Virus record (IMG/VR): IMGVR_UViG_3300001335_000606
Strand: one strand, 5' to 3'
Source of the DNA: an uncultured virus (IMG/VR IMGVR_UViG_3300001335_000606)
Taxonomy: Duplodnaviria; Heunggongvirae; Uroviricota; Caudoviricetes
Length of the DNA: 64,000 bases
Below, one piece after another: positions 53,272-64,000 of this stretch. Numbering within the stretch: the first letter of the stretch is position 1; every line of letters starts with the position of its first letter. The notes beneath the pieces were generated by a model. That model ran no database searches. It was not told where the DNA came from and worked only from the letters and a program-made list of their open reading frames with translations. A program made the translations under genes and the position numbers.

Positions 53272-53514
53272 ATGACAAAGAAAGACCGTCTTTTGATGGA
53301 AAGAATGGTCAAAAGAATTGATTAGATTCAAGCCTTTAAAATCGTAGATCAATTAAGTGATAAATATCCAAATGAAACTTCGCATATTATGTGGAGATTA
53401 TCACAAATCAATGTGATATTGGATGACCTCCAAAAAAGATTAAGAGGACACCCTTCAAGAGAATTAAAAAAAGCCACACTAATTGAACTTAATAAATTAA
53501 TTAATAAGATATAA
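53272..53514 (+). CDS. Small hypothetical protein sharing its N-terminus with 52536
   Basis: MTKKDRLLMERMVKRID*. Confidence 0.7.
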
Positions 53515-53551
53515 TAACCCGTTATTTCAAGAAGATTAAAAGGAAATAACT

Positions 53552-54694
53552 ATGGCAATAACAAGAACGGATTGGGAAACTGTAACATTCTCTGCAGGTT
53601 AGTCTACAGCTTTCAATATATACGATAGTGAACCTTAGTTTGCCACAGATTCTGTTAAGATAGCAAAATATGTCGTAAGATCATTAGGTTATCCCATGAC
53701 TAATGTTGAACTTGCTCCCGAACATATATTTACAGCGTTTTAGTCTTCTATAATGAAGTATAGCACTATAGTGAATGAGGCTAAAATTGCTGATAATATG
53801 CTAAATGTATTTGGCAGTGACCCCACTCGAGATCTAACGAAGGCAGCAATCTATGAAAATATGGGTTCAACCTTTAAAATTTCATAGATGTATGGTCAAG
53901 AAGCTGAAATAAGAAACAGATTAAGAACGGAAGTTTATTCTGCTTCTATACATCTAACAGCAGGAGTCTCTGAATACGATTTAGCAAACTATATACCCTA
54001 GTATACAAATTCAAATGTTTAGTTAGTGGAAGTGTATTACTATCCGATAATCTATCGTTCTAACGCCTTTGATCCTATCGTTAACCCCGGATTTAATATG
54101 GCTTCAATCATGCATGAATTCGGAGGAGTATATTCTCAAAATGCCCGATTGGTTATTATGCCAGTTTTTGAAACTCTTCTAAAAATGCAGGCCTTAGAAC
54201 TTTCTCAGCATATAAGAAGATCCCATATAGGATTTGAATTGAGAAAGAATAAAATAGTATTTATGCCAGCACCTAGGCAAGATTATCCCGTAGCAATATA
54301 GTATATATTGAAATCAGATAAATATGAAAACTCTATACAGGATAATGCTGTAAATAATGTTGCGAATTTTCCTATTAATGATTACATTGCTTATGGAGAA
54401 ATAAATACTCCAGGCAAAAATTGGATACAACGATTTACTTTAACTTTGGCTAAATAGATTTTAGGTATAATACGATCCAAGTATACTACAGTACCCTATC
54501 CGTAGGGATAGACTAGTTTGGACGGAGAAACCTTGAGACAAGAGGCTGTAACTGAACAAGACAAATTAATTTAGGAATTGCGTTTAATGCTATAGCAATC
54601 TTCTATGGGAAGATTAGTATAGAAGAAAAGGGAAATGGCTGAAAACATCCAAATTATTAATTCAAAGGTTCCTTCCAGAATATACATAGGATAA
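53552..54694 (+). CDS. Neck protein (T4 gp13-like)
   Basis: LGYPMTNVEL; WIQRFTLTLAK*ILGIIRSKY; SLDGETL; VPSRIYIG. Confidence 0.85.
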
Positions 54695-54702
54695 TTTAAA
54701 GA

Positions 54703-55212
54703 ATGCAAAGGGGATTATTCTTTCAATAGCGAGATTTAACTCTATTAAAAAGTTTAAGTGAATAGCTTGTCGAAGAATGGATGAAAGTTGAATTCCAATA
54801 TTTTAAGTTGAATACAAAGAATATAAAAGTTAACATATATGGATAGGCTAGAAGAGGTGCAAGATAGTATTATAAAGGTATTACAATGCCTGGTCTAATA
54901 GATCATAATCCGCAAGCCTTGGATTTTTCATAGTCTCTTAAATATCGTAACTCTGCAAGATTTCGATTATTAGTATAGACACTTAAAAAATATAATTTGT
55001 ATCCTGAAGTGGGCGACATCGTTTATTGGAATAAAATATTTTGGTAGATAGCAAATGTTACGCAATAGCAATTAATAGCTAATGATCATGAAACAGAGTG
55101 GTCAAAGATCTTATAGACCGTGACTCTATCAGACTCAAAGGTTAAACAGCTTTTGAAGTTTTCAAATGAAGAATATAACAGATATACCGAAGAGAGTACA
55201 ATGAATGGTTGA
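54703..55212 (+). CDS. Neck/head-closure protein (gp14-like)
   Basis: NIYG*A; LYPEVGDIVYW. Confidence 0.7.
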
Positions 55213-55903
55213 TCAACACACATTAAATGCATATATTTCAATAGAGAAAACAGATGAAACTATATTGAGATATATTGAAGAAATAATGCAACCCTCAATA
55301 TAGAATTATTAGGGTGTTGTTTAGAAAGTACCTATTATCTATAATGGTGCTTAGCGTTGGGTTCAAGTTAGAAAACGCAAATATCTAGTAGATGAAAATG
55401 GAAATACTTTATATCCTTTGATATCTTTTAGTAGAACCAGTACAAAGAAAAGAGATAATAAGATTGTTAATAAAGTTTGGACATTTCGTGGTTATAGAAA
55501 TTATGTATAGGTGGAAAATAAATTTTCAAAAGATAGACCTTATTCATCTTTTGATAATAATATAAAAAGGACTTCATATTTTAACTTAATGTTGCCTATA
55601 CCTGTTGTTTGTAATTACTAGTTTCAAATTTACGCGGATAGTCAATAGCATATGAATTTATTACTGGAAGCATTCTTTTTACATGATAGGAGATGGTGGA
55701 TTATTGAAGGATACAAAGTAAAGGTTGATATTGGTGATTTTACAAATTCGACAGAAATTGAAGTTGATAATGAAAGAATTATTAGATCAACATTTTCCAT
55801 TACTACATAGTCCACTTTATTCCCAAAGTAGCATCAACCTGTTTAGGAAATTTAGGAAATAACACCAGAAGAATTTTAGTCCGAAATTCAAACTTAGTAG
55901 TAA
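55205..55903 (+). CDS. Tail terminator/sheath stabiliser (gp15-like)
   Basis: KVPIIYNGA*RW; YPLISF; NERIIRSTF. Confidence 0.7.
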
Positions 55904-55939
55904 TTATAGATGTAATATTATTTATAGAAGGAGTATACT

Positions 55940-56218
55940 ATGAAGATTCAAGACGAATATATAAACAAAATTATGGAAGTTTCTAACAAAATTGAAGGTT
56001 CTATCAAAAGACTAGGAGTTATACTTTTTAACGAAAATATGTTAGAGAAAGAAAAAGATAATCTTTTAATTTCAATTGAAAATTTGAACAAAGAAAAATA
56101 GAATCTAATTCAGCAAATTTCTCAATAGTACGGCGAAGGTTATATAGAACCTGGTACTTGGGAATTTCATCCAAAAGAGACGGAAAATGCTGAATAGGAG
56201 ATTGTTAAGGAGAATTAA
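55940..56218 (+). CDS. Small conserved coiled-coil protein
   Basis: YGEGYIEPGTWEF; SD aaggag. Confidence 0.7.
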
Positions 56219-56224
56219 CGATAA

Positions 56225-58432
56225 ATGAGAGAATACGTAAGTCCAGGAATTTATACATAGGAATATGACAAATCCTTTCTTCCTACTGCTCCTCCAGCAG
56301 GATCCGCTGCAATATTTGTAGGTGGATTTACAAAAGGTCAAGCATTTGTTCCTATGCGTATTAAAGACACATACGATTTATTGGATAGGACAGGGGAACC
56401 AAATGGTCTCTTCTATTCCCAATACGCTGCATATGAATATTCTAAGCACAAAGGCGACTTTTACGTCCAAAGAATTCTATGGGATTAGCAATGGACTTCT
56501 GAAGCCTATTTAGTAACAGCTTAGGGTGATGATGGAATTTAGTTGCTTGCAGTATTATTTCCAACTGGAGACAGTGTTGATTTAAGTACTTCAACTTCTG
56601 CTGAAAAAAGTGGTGACAGCTGGTCAGATTTGACCTTTGGTGTTACTGATGGAACAACCACGACCAGTTATACATGGTCTTTTGCAGATGTTGTAAATAT
56701 TGATGGAGTGGTTGGAACTAATCCTGTTCAATCCACACCTTTGTATTTATTTGGAAAAACTGCAAATTACGATGCTACAGATAATACTGGAAGCTTTACA
56801 ACCATTTCAATAGTAAAATAGAGTGACTTCTTTACATCACAAAATGGGTATAAGAATGCTAGAACCCCATCCGTATTCAATCAATACAATGTGGAATTAT
56901 TCCATTTTGAGACATTAGGAGACGGAACTTACACTAATAAAGAAATCAAGATAGCTATTGAAGGATTGCAAACTGCTTCTTCACTTGAATATGCTAAATT
57001 TGATGTAATTGTGAGAGCATATGATGATACTTAGAAGAAACCTCAAATTCTTGAAGCTTTCTATGAAGTAACTTTGGATCCAACCGATATTGCTTACATT
57101 GGAAAAAGAATCGGTGACATGTATCAAGAATGGGACAGAACTAATAACAAAACAATTCTTCATGGAGATTTCCCTAATAACTCAAAATACATCCGTGTCG
57201 TTGTAAGTGATTAGGTAAAAAATAAGAATGTAGCCCCATTAGGAAATGTATATGGAATCGAAGCTATTCCAGTAACAGGTTCTGATACTTATGAAATAAC
57301 ATGCCCAACACCTTATACTCATAGTTCGGAAGTGGAAACAAGATCACTTACTTTGTATCATGAACACCAAGGATACGATGTCAGCTTAGGTTAGGTTAAA
57401 TTCTTATCAAATCCTCTGCATAATAGTGCTACTACAACTTCATTAAGTATTTATACGGTAACTGGGGATTATATAATTCCTTTCTATGGTGGATTTGATG
57501 GAAGAAATCCTTCTGATGGATTTACAACAGATTAGAATACTTTATATGGATTTGACTTCACAAGCTAGACTTCTTCTGGCAGTGCAATATTTATAGAAGC
57601 TTTGGGATTATTAAGAAATGTATAGTAGTACGATATTGATGTTGTGTCCATAGCTGGTGTAAACCTTGAAAGTGAAGGCAAAAAGTCTGTATTTGAATAT
57701 GCATTATAGGAAGTTTGCGAATTTAGAGGAGATTGTATAGTTGTAGCTGAAGCCTGTGAATTAGGTACAATGACAACCGGAACAATAACCACATATACTG
57801 AAGATTTTGATTCTTCTTATGGTGCGGTTTATTATCCTGGAGTAAAGATAAAATGCGATTATACAAAAACTTATCCAGATTTGCCTGGTTCTGCTTTAAT
57901 TCCTTCTGTAATAGCATATACAGAAAAGGTTTCGCAACCTCACTATGCTCCAGCTGGAATTAATCGTGGTACATTAAATGTATTGCAAGCATTAACAAAA
58001 CTAACCAGAGATTAGAGAGATTCTCTTTATAAGTATAATATCAATCCGATAGCTTCTTTTGCAGCAAATGGAACTGTAGTTTGGGGTCAAAAAACTCTCC
58101 AAAAAGCAGCATCTGCGTTAGATAGATTGAATGTAAGAATACTTGTTAACAGAATTAAGAAGTGGATTGAAACTTACGGTAAAACTGTACTATTTGACAA
58201 TAATACCGTAACATTAAGACAGGTATTTACACTGGGTGTAGAATCTTATCTCAATAATATAGTTTCCGTAAACGGATTATATGCTTATAGGTTTGTGATG
58301 GATTAGACTAATAACACACCGGAAGTTATTGACAGAAATCAATTAGTCGGTGAAGTATGGCTTAAACCTACGAAAACTGCATAGTTTATCATCATTCCTA
58401 TTAACATTGTTAGAACTGATATGGAAATTTGA
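56225..58432 (+). CDS. Tail sheath protein (gp18-like)
   Basis: YVSPGIY; APAGINRG; VWGQKTLQ..SALDRLNVR; KPTKTA*FI. Confidence 0.96.
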
Positions 58433-58461
58433 GTAAAAAAATCAATAGGAGATAATAAATA

Positions 58462-58947
58462 ATGGCTGATTATCAAAATGAAATGCTAGGGGTACAATAC
58501 TAGGCAAAACTAAAGTATCTCTTTATAATCACAATAGAAGGTATTCCAACTTATCTTTGCACAAAAGCGTCAAGACCATCCTGGTCTGCTGGGGAAGTTC
58601 AATATAACTTCTTAAACTTAAAGCGTTGGAGCGCAGGAAAAGTTACTTGGGATACAATTTCCGTTACTGTTGTTGATGCATTCACTCCTTCAGGTGCTCA
58701 AGCTGTCATGGCATGGTTAAGAGCTAAACATGAACCTTTGAGTGGAAGAGACGGATATGCAAACAACTATATGAAAGACTGTACAATTCATCTACTGGGG
58801 CCAAGTGGCGATGTTCAAGAATCCTGGAAGCTAATAAATTGTTGGGTTCAATCTGCAAACTTCGGTGACCTTGATATGAGTGATGAAAATACTCCAATGG
58901 AAATTGAATTGACTTTGAGATATGACAAGGCAATATTGTAGTATTAA
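58462..58947 (+). CDS. Tail tube protein (gp19-like)
   Basis: AGKVTW; PSGAQAVMAW; SGRDGYA; ANFGDLD; LTLRYDKA. Confidence 0.92.
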
Positions 58948-58969
58948 TTAAAATAACATATAAAGATAA

Positions 58970-59004
58970 AAAAAAGAAGGACATGTAATATGTCCTTCTT
59001 TTTT
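58970..59004. terminator. Bidirectional terminator between the convergent gene blocks
   Basis: Perfect inverted repeat aaaaaagaaggacat-gtaat-atgtccttctttttt. Confidence 0.9.
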
Positions 59005-59044
59005 ATTGTACCATTAAATATAACAAAAAATATGCTAAAATTAC

Positions 59045-59242
59045 TTACTTCTGAGTGAGGATCTATAGCATGAGTTTTTTTATTTTTTCTCTCTCGTACT
59101 TTTGAGCAACTTTGAAAATTCTAGTTGCACCTTTTGTCGGGTTGAAAATTATTTCATCCTCTGTTAATCCAATTTTTTCCAAATCATGCTAATTTGCCTT
59201 CTTAACAAATGATCTTATTAGCTTTGCATTTTTCCCACTCAT
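59045..59242 (-). CDS. Small hypothetical protein
   Basis: MSGKNAKLIR; two in-frame TAG; ends TAA. Confidence 0.6.
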
Positions 59243-59745
59243 AAATTAATCTTCCTTTTAAATTCTTCAATTAAACTATAATTCTCGTATTTCTTTCTCA
59301 ACTTATGCAATTTTGCAGTGTATAAACAGCTTTCAGGAACAAAGGATTTTTTAAATAACTTCTAAACTTCAACTTTATAAACATATACTCCATATTTTTG
59401 ATATACCCACTTTCTATTAACTGAGAACTAAGAATGGTTATTATATATACTAAATCCTCCCTTTACATCTATAAAAACCTAATTCTAGGTAAAGGGGAAA
59501 AGTTGTTTTACTATCGGATTCTAAGAAAACTACACTTTGAAGTCTGGAGTGTATATATGTTTTTGTAAAGCGGACTTATTATTTATTAAAACCTTTTCAC
59601 TTAAAAGAAATGGCTAGGGTTGATATTCAAAATGCAAAACCAATCCTAGTTCTGTACAATCTTCAAGCCATTTATACATCTAAACTTCTTCATTACTATC
59701 AAAACTTATTTCGTCATATAGAAATTTGTTTTTCTTTGAAGTCAT
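59239..59745 (-). CDS. PD-(D/E)XK endonuclease, DUF1064-like
   Basis: FDSNEE; FEYQP*PF; YTPDF; IDVKG. Confidence 0.75.
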
Positions 59746-60005
59746 TAATTATTATCTTTTAGTACCTCATCCGTATAAATGTTCAGAACTTCACCGCAAT
59801 TGGTACATACAAAAGCTTGTATTGGCATTATCATATTTTTATCCAATTCAGGGTCTTCAAAGGGTGTTACTACTTTGAATAAAAATACTTCTTCGAATTT
59901 TAATCCCCCGCATTTACTACATTTTAAAAAATTCTTTGCCAAATCTTCTTTACTTTTTTCTTCCTAGTTTTCTTTTCCTTTCTTAAAATCAATTATTTCA
60001 GCCAT
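59745..60005 (-). CDS. Zn-ribbon protein
   Basis: CSKCG...CTNCG; extended upstream through TAG to an ATG with SD aggag. Confidence 0.75.
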
Positions 60006-60268
60006 TCATAATCTCCTCTTATTTCAATATTATGTCTATAATGTTTATTGCTTGCTTTCTATTTGTTTTTTTGATAACTTTCTTTGATAAACTAAATAAT
60101 CTGTTTATCTTTGTGTATAGATTGTATATCTGCCTAATACAGTCTTTCCATAAGAACAATACTATTCTATCTAATATCTATAATACTATCTGCATAAAAC
60201 GCAGGTAATTTAAACAAGGTTAATAAAAAGGAATTCGCCTAATTCTATTCCATTCTCATAAGATACAT
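59993..60268 (-). CDS. Hypothetical protein
   Basis: Open through TAGs only. Confidence 0.5.
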
Positions 60269-60276
60269 AATTACAC

Positions 60277-60549
60277 TCAATAATGCATTTCAAACATATC
60301 TCTTACTGCCTTTTCATTAACTGCAAAAATAACCTAATTATTATTTACATTTACAACGAAATAACTATTTGGGCAATAATATTCATATTGATTTGTGTTT
60401 GTATTAAACAAAGTTCCGTGCTAAGATTTAGGCTTATTGCATTTTGAACATATTAAGTTTGGCAACTATCCAACTAATTTTATAACATTTATTCCAAGGG
60501 CTTCCTAAAAGTTCATCAATTGAAAATTACTTCTAAAACAACATCTCAT
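60277..60549 (-). CDS. Hypothetical protein
   Basis: SD aggagg; CSKC; open through TAG. Confidence 0.6.
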
Positions 60550-60875
60550 GTTATTTCCTCCTATAAAAATATCTTATTCAAAATTTGTTTCGCGTATATA
60601 ATATCTTCCTATTTCTATTCTTCAAAATCTTCTATGGCTTGTTTAATCTTGACTATATAATCTCTTTCCACCTATAAATCTTTTAGTTCCTAATCCACTA
60701 TAGATGTGATAACCAACATTATTTGTTTAATGTTCATTCCTCCGTCAAGACAAATTAATACTTCATCTAAAACGGATATTAACTAATCTTTTGTTTGTTT
60801 TTCTGAAAATAAACTGGAAAAATCAAATAAATGATTCTAAACATACTAAGTTAATAATTCTCTTATTGCATCCAT
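60546..60875 (-). CDS. Hypothetical acidic protein
   Basis: SD aggtgg; open through TAG; ATGA overlap. Confidence 0.6.
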
Positions 60876-61162
60876 AATACCACCTAATATCCTGAAGGGT
60901 GTACTAAAACTGAAGTGCTTATTCCAATTTCTTTCAAAAAATAAAGAAGTGATGGATTCGTTGTAAACAAACTAGTCGGTGAAAACAACAAATACTATCC
61001 GTCAAACCCACTTCCTAACAATAAAGCGTCAAGTTTCCACATACCAACAGAAGAACAATATTCATCCATCATTGAATCTATATTAAATTCATTTGGATTT
61101 AAACAATAATTTATGTTCTTTTCCAAAGAAAAGATGTTATCTATATAATTCTAATTATCCAT
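60863..61162 (-). CDS. Hypothetical protein
   Basis: SD aggag; open through TAG. Confidence 0.6.
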
Positions 61163-61221
61163 TGTCGGTTCTCCTGCAAAAATAATAACACTAAATATAA
61201 TTATAATGAAAATTTAATAAA

Positions 61222-62148
61222 TCAAGCGATATTTTTTTCTAATTCTTTTGCCAAGAAATCATTTAAAATGTTTTGCTTGTTAACGGAACTACCAATATCT
61301 TTAAGCATCATATGATTACTAATAAAATTAGTAGCAGTAGAATATAGAGACCAAAGTGAATCTTTTTTAACTTGTTCCCTATTATTCAACATATATTTTT
61401 CTACAATTTCATCGTAATGCTTTATAAACATGGAAGGAAATCCCATTTTGCTTAAATCTTCTAACATTTCATTTTTGAATGGTATGCCTTGCATTTTTTC
61501 AATATTCAAAGCCAATTCATCAAAATTTTCCAACACCTTAGAATACATTTCCGAAAAATTCCATTTTTCAAGAATTGAGGGTGTGTGAATTACTTTCTTA
61601 ATACCGTAATCAACTCCAATTACCATTCCATTTTCACATTTAAATCTATATGCACCAAATAAAATACCTGCTGGTAGACCACCATCTGTTGAATTGAAAA
61701 CATCAATTGTGGGGGATATTCTACTTCCGTCTACATCTACCTTCACTTCATCAAAGACCAAGTTTGCATAGATGCGGTTTTTACCTTGTCTTTGATCCAC
61801 ATAAAGCTTTGGAATGGAAAATTTAAGACCAGCATTGTCAAGCACATTCATAACATCACCAATTACTGCTTCGTGTTGTGCTAACTGGTATCTATCACTC
61901 ACGATATTAACAATCAATTCTTCATTTTTAAATGGCACAATATTTCCGTTCTTTTCAATCTTGCCACCTGCGCGTTTTATTGAAAAAAATCGTTTGTAGG
62001 CACGATTCTCTGTATCCTCAACCATATTTTCAATAGTTGTACGTGTTGCAGAAAAAATTTCCTGCAATTGTTCCCTATCAACAAACTCCAAAACAGTTGA
62101 CTTGTTTTTGGTTGCTGATTTAACTGCTTTTAATTCTCTCATGTTCAT
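61222..62148 (-). CDS. DUF932-like protein
   Basis: IVSDRYQLAQH; FNSTDGG; YRFKCENGMV; SLWSLYSTAT; no TAG. Confidence 0.8.
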   Translation of the reverse strand: MNMRELKAVKSATKNKSTVLEFVDREQLQEIFSATRTTIENMVEDTENRAYKRFFSIKRAGGKIEKNGNIVPFKNEELIVNIVSDRYQLAQHEAVIGDVMNVLDNAGLKFSIPKLYVDQRQGKNRIYANLVFDEVKVDVDGSRISPTIDVFNSTDGGLPAGILFGAYRFKCENGMVIGVDYGIKKVIHTPSILEKWNFSEMYSKVLENFDELALNIEKMQGIPFKNEMLEDLSKMGFPSMFIKHYDEIVEKYMLNNREQVKKDSLWSLYSTATNFISNHMMLKDIGSSVNKQNILNDFLAKELEKNIA

Positions 62149-62160
62149 AATAACTCCATA

Positions 62161-62871
62161 TTATTCGTATTTAAATATTCGTTTTACCATTGGATCATAT
62201 TGCAAATTTTCCATATAAGATAAATAAGTATTTATGGATTCCATTAAAGTTTCCCTATCAATTGATAAATGGTTTCTCAAACCTCTCCATTCTATCGTAT
62301 TAAAGTCCGAATGTATATGATACAAATCAGACTTAGAATTATTGACTTCGGGTACCACATATCTCTTTCCATTATTGTAATCCCTAAGACAACTATTCAC
62401 TCTATAATAATATTTTGCACGGCAACCCTTATATGAAGCGTATCCTTCATGCTCCATCCAAAAATCTTTAATTTTTAGTAATTTCTTGTCAACACCTAAA
62501 CGCAAATATTCATAAAGTAAAGCATAATGCTGTATTCTAGAATAATCACTTCTTGAGGCATGAACATGCAAACTTGTGCTGTCATTATCATGAGCAAATT
62601 TTGAAATGGTACCGAGTACCATTTCCACTTTTTTCATATTTTCCTTTGTATATAAGAACTTCTTTGTCTTAATTTCGAACGCAAGTGCAAATATATCCTC
62701 GCATTCTACGACTAACGAAGCATCAATATTATAAAATTTGCTATGGTCAGGACGATTATCTTCCATACTTTGAAGCAAAATTCCAGAATGCTTTAATTCT
62801 AATTCTTTATGAAGAGCTACAGCATTTTCAAATGGAATTATGAATTCAATTTCAATACCAAAGTATAACAC
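62161..62871 (-). CDS. Putative amidoligase (COOH-NH2 ligase fold)
   Basis: FGIEIEF; DASL; EIKT; STSLHVH; TIEWR; SD gaggagg, GTG start; no TAG. Confidence 0.75.
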   Translation of the reverse strand: MLYFGIEIEFIIPFENAVALHKELELKHSGILLQSMEDNRPDHSKFYNIDASLVVECEDIFALAFEIKTKKFLYTKENMKKVEMVLGTISKFAHDNDSTSLHVHASRSDYSRIQHYALLYEYLRLGVDKKLLKIKDFWMEHEGYASYKGCRAKYYYRVNSCLRDYNNGKRYVVPEVNNSKSDLYHIHSDFNTIEWRGLRNHLSIDRETLMESINTYLSYMENLQYDPMVKRIFKYE

Positions 62872-62884
62872 CGTAACCTCCTCT

Positions 62885-62935
62885 TCTTTTAATACACTAT
62901 TATTATAACCAAATTATATAAAATATTATCCACAA
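62885..62935 (-). promoter_or_regulatory. Candidate host-type promoter
   Basis: TATAAT boxes on the - strand upstream of the amidoligase SD; no convincing -35; AT-rich background. Confidence 0.35.
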
Positions 62936-63999
62936 ATATTTTTAGCCAAGCTTCTCCCCGTCCCATTGGCAACCACAATAGACCGAGACCTTCCTGAACA
63001 ATCCCCGATAAATTTTATTTTATCAGAATTGTTAATTTTGGAACCATAAAATTTTGTCTAAATACCATAAAGCAAATTGTCTTCAATGGAAACCTACGGG
63101 ACAACAATTGCTAATTTCGTAATGAACTCTTTTATCGCCTAATAAGTTTTAGCAGGGAGAACATAGGAAAGGTCTCCCAAAATATATTGTTCCTTTGGCA
63201 AGGTCGGTAATACTCTAAATAAATGTTTGGTTCTTTTCTGTTTGAGAAAGTCCCCTAGCGTTTGCAAAATTAATTTTTCTCTGGAACCTGCTAACAAGTT
63301 CGCTTGTTGTGCAATAGATTTGCCATATAATACTGGATTATTAAAGGGTTCAGTAAATTTTTGCGTAACAAGAATTGCAAAATTGGTATTCTTAGATTTA
63401 ACATTCGTTTTTGAATGTCCATTAACTATACAAACCTTCTCTCCCAAAACATCAACAAGCTATGTTACAACAAACCCTTTAGGATTATGACAAAATGTTC
63501 TTACTTCCAAATTATTGGAAGTTTTATATTTCACCTTCCATTCATGAAATTTCTAATCCAAGCTTTTAATGTTAGGCAAATTAGAAGGAATCTATATTCT
63601 TACTCCAATATCAACCTTAAAGCTTCCACCTAATAATTCTGGGTATTTCTTAGTAACATAGTCAACTAATGTCGTGCCATATCTGCCTACAGCTAGAATA
63701 ACCATATCATATTTCTCTTCAATTTCATCAAATTTTTCTGGAGTAATTTGAGTATCAAAACAAAACTAAACTAAATCACCTAATTCACTCTATATTCTTC
63801 GTAAAATCGCTTCATTTGTCATTTTTAATTGATCTGTTCCCAAATGGAAGGTTTTTCCACCTTCGGCACTAACTAAACACATTCCGTTATTATAAAATTT
63901 TTGGGCAAGCTCAGATAATATTTCCGTACTAAATTCTTCTGCTTCAATTTCTTTTGCATAATCCCGTCTTATCAAAGAATACGCTTTAGGATCAGGTTC
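62926..63999 (-). CDS. Partial FAD-dependent oxidoreductase (COG2509-like); 5' end lies outside the window
   Basis: FHLGTDQL; LAVGR.G; VDIGVRI*; VRTFCHNPKGFV; NTNFAILV; LYGI*TKFY; IGDCSG. Confidence 0.85.
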
Positions 64000-64000
64000 A

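Noticed and set aside
6807..58432. TGA recoding as well
   Set aside because: TGA falls at expected C-termini (capsid, sheath, protease, primase) and in ATGA overlaps; Trp is TGG.
2496..58984. Short - strand and off-frame ORFs in the supplied track
   Set aside because: They are shadows of long recoded + strand genes and lack SDs or motifs.
1..64000. Mass pseudogenisation or a decayed prophage
   Set aside because: Interruptions are all TAG, no frameshifts were met, catalytic motifs are intact and genes are tightly coupled.
1..64000. Genetic code 15 (TAG=Gln)
   Set aside because: Conserved columns and TAG/GAA swaps point to Glu, and conserved Gln (e.g. KSRQ, NQA, WGQK) is written CAA. Only three TAG/CAA alignments were noted.
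1..64000. Systematic G-to-T sequencing artefact turning GAG into TAG
   Set aside because: The effect follows coding frame and strand, spares AGGAG SD sites and two whole genes, and creates no internal TAA from GAA. Read mapping is still needed for certainty.
1..64000. Suppressor tRNA, release factor or tRNA synthetase gene
   Set aside because: No cloverleaf or such ORF was recognised by eye. It may lie outside the window; tRNAscan-SE or ARAGORN is needed.

Overview
A 64-kb, AT-rich piece of a large T4-like (myovirus-type) phage genome. The + strand (1-58947) carries a late/structural block: late sigma factor, baseplate, primase, an SbcD-SbcC fusion, tail fibres, a cluster of small proteins with a shared leader, terminase, portal, prohead protease, amidase, ribosomal protein bS21, scaffold, major capsid, neck, sheath and tube. 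A convergent - strand block follows from 59045 to the end. The standard-code ORF track is fragmented because TAG is a sense codon here; every gene I traced ends at TAA or TGA. The main observation is that TAG appears to encode GLUTAMATE, not the glutamine known from code-15 phages. It sits at strongly conserved Glu positions of capsid, portal, terminase, protease, sheath and others, and it alternates with GAA between paralogues in this window. Two adjacent - strand genes (61222-62871) have no TAG at all. No tRNA gene was seen. Coordinates and translations were read by hand (* = TAG) and family calls come from remembered motifs, not database searches.
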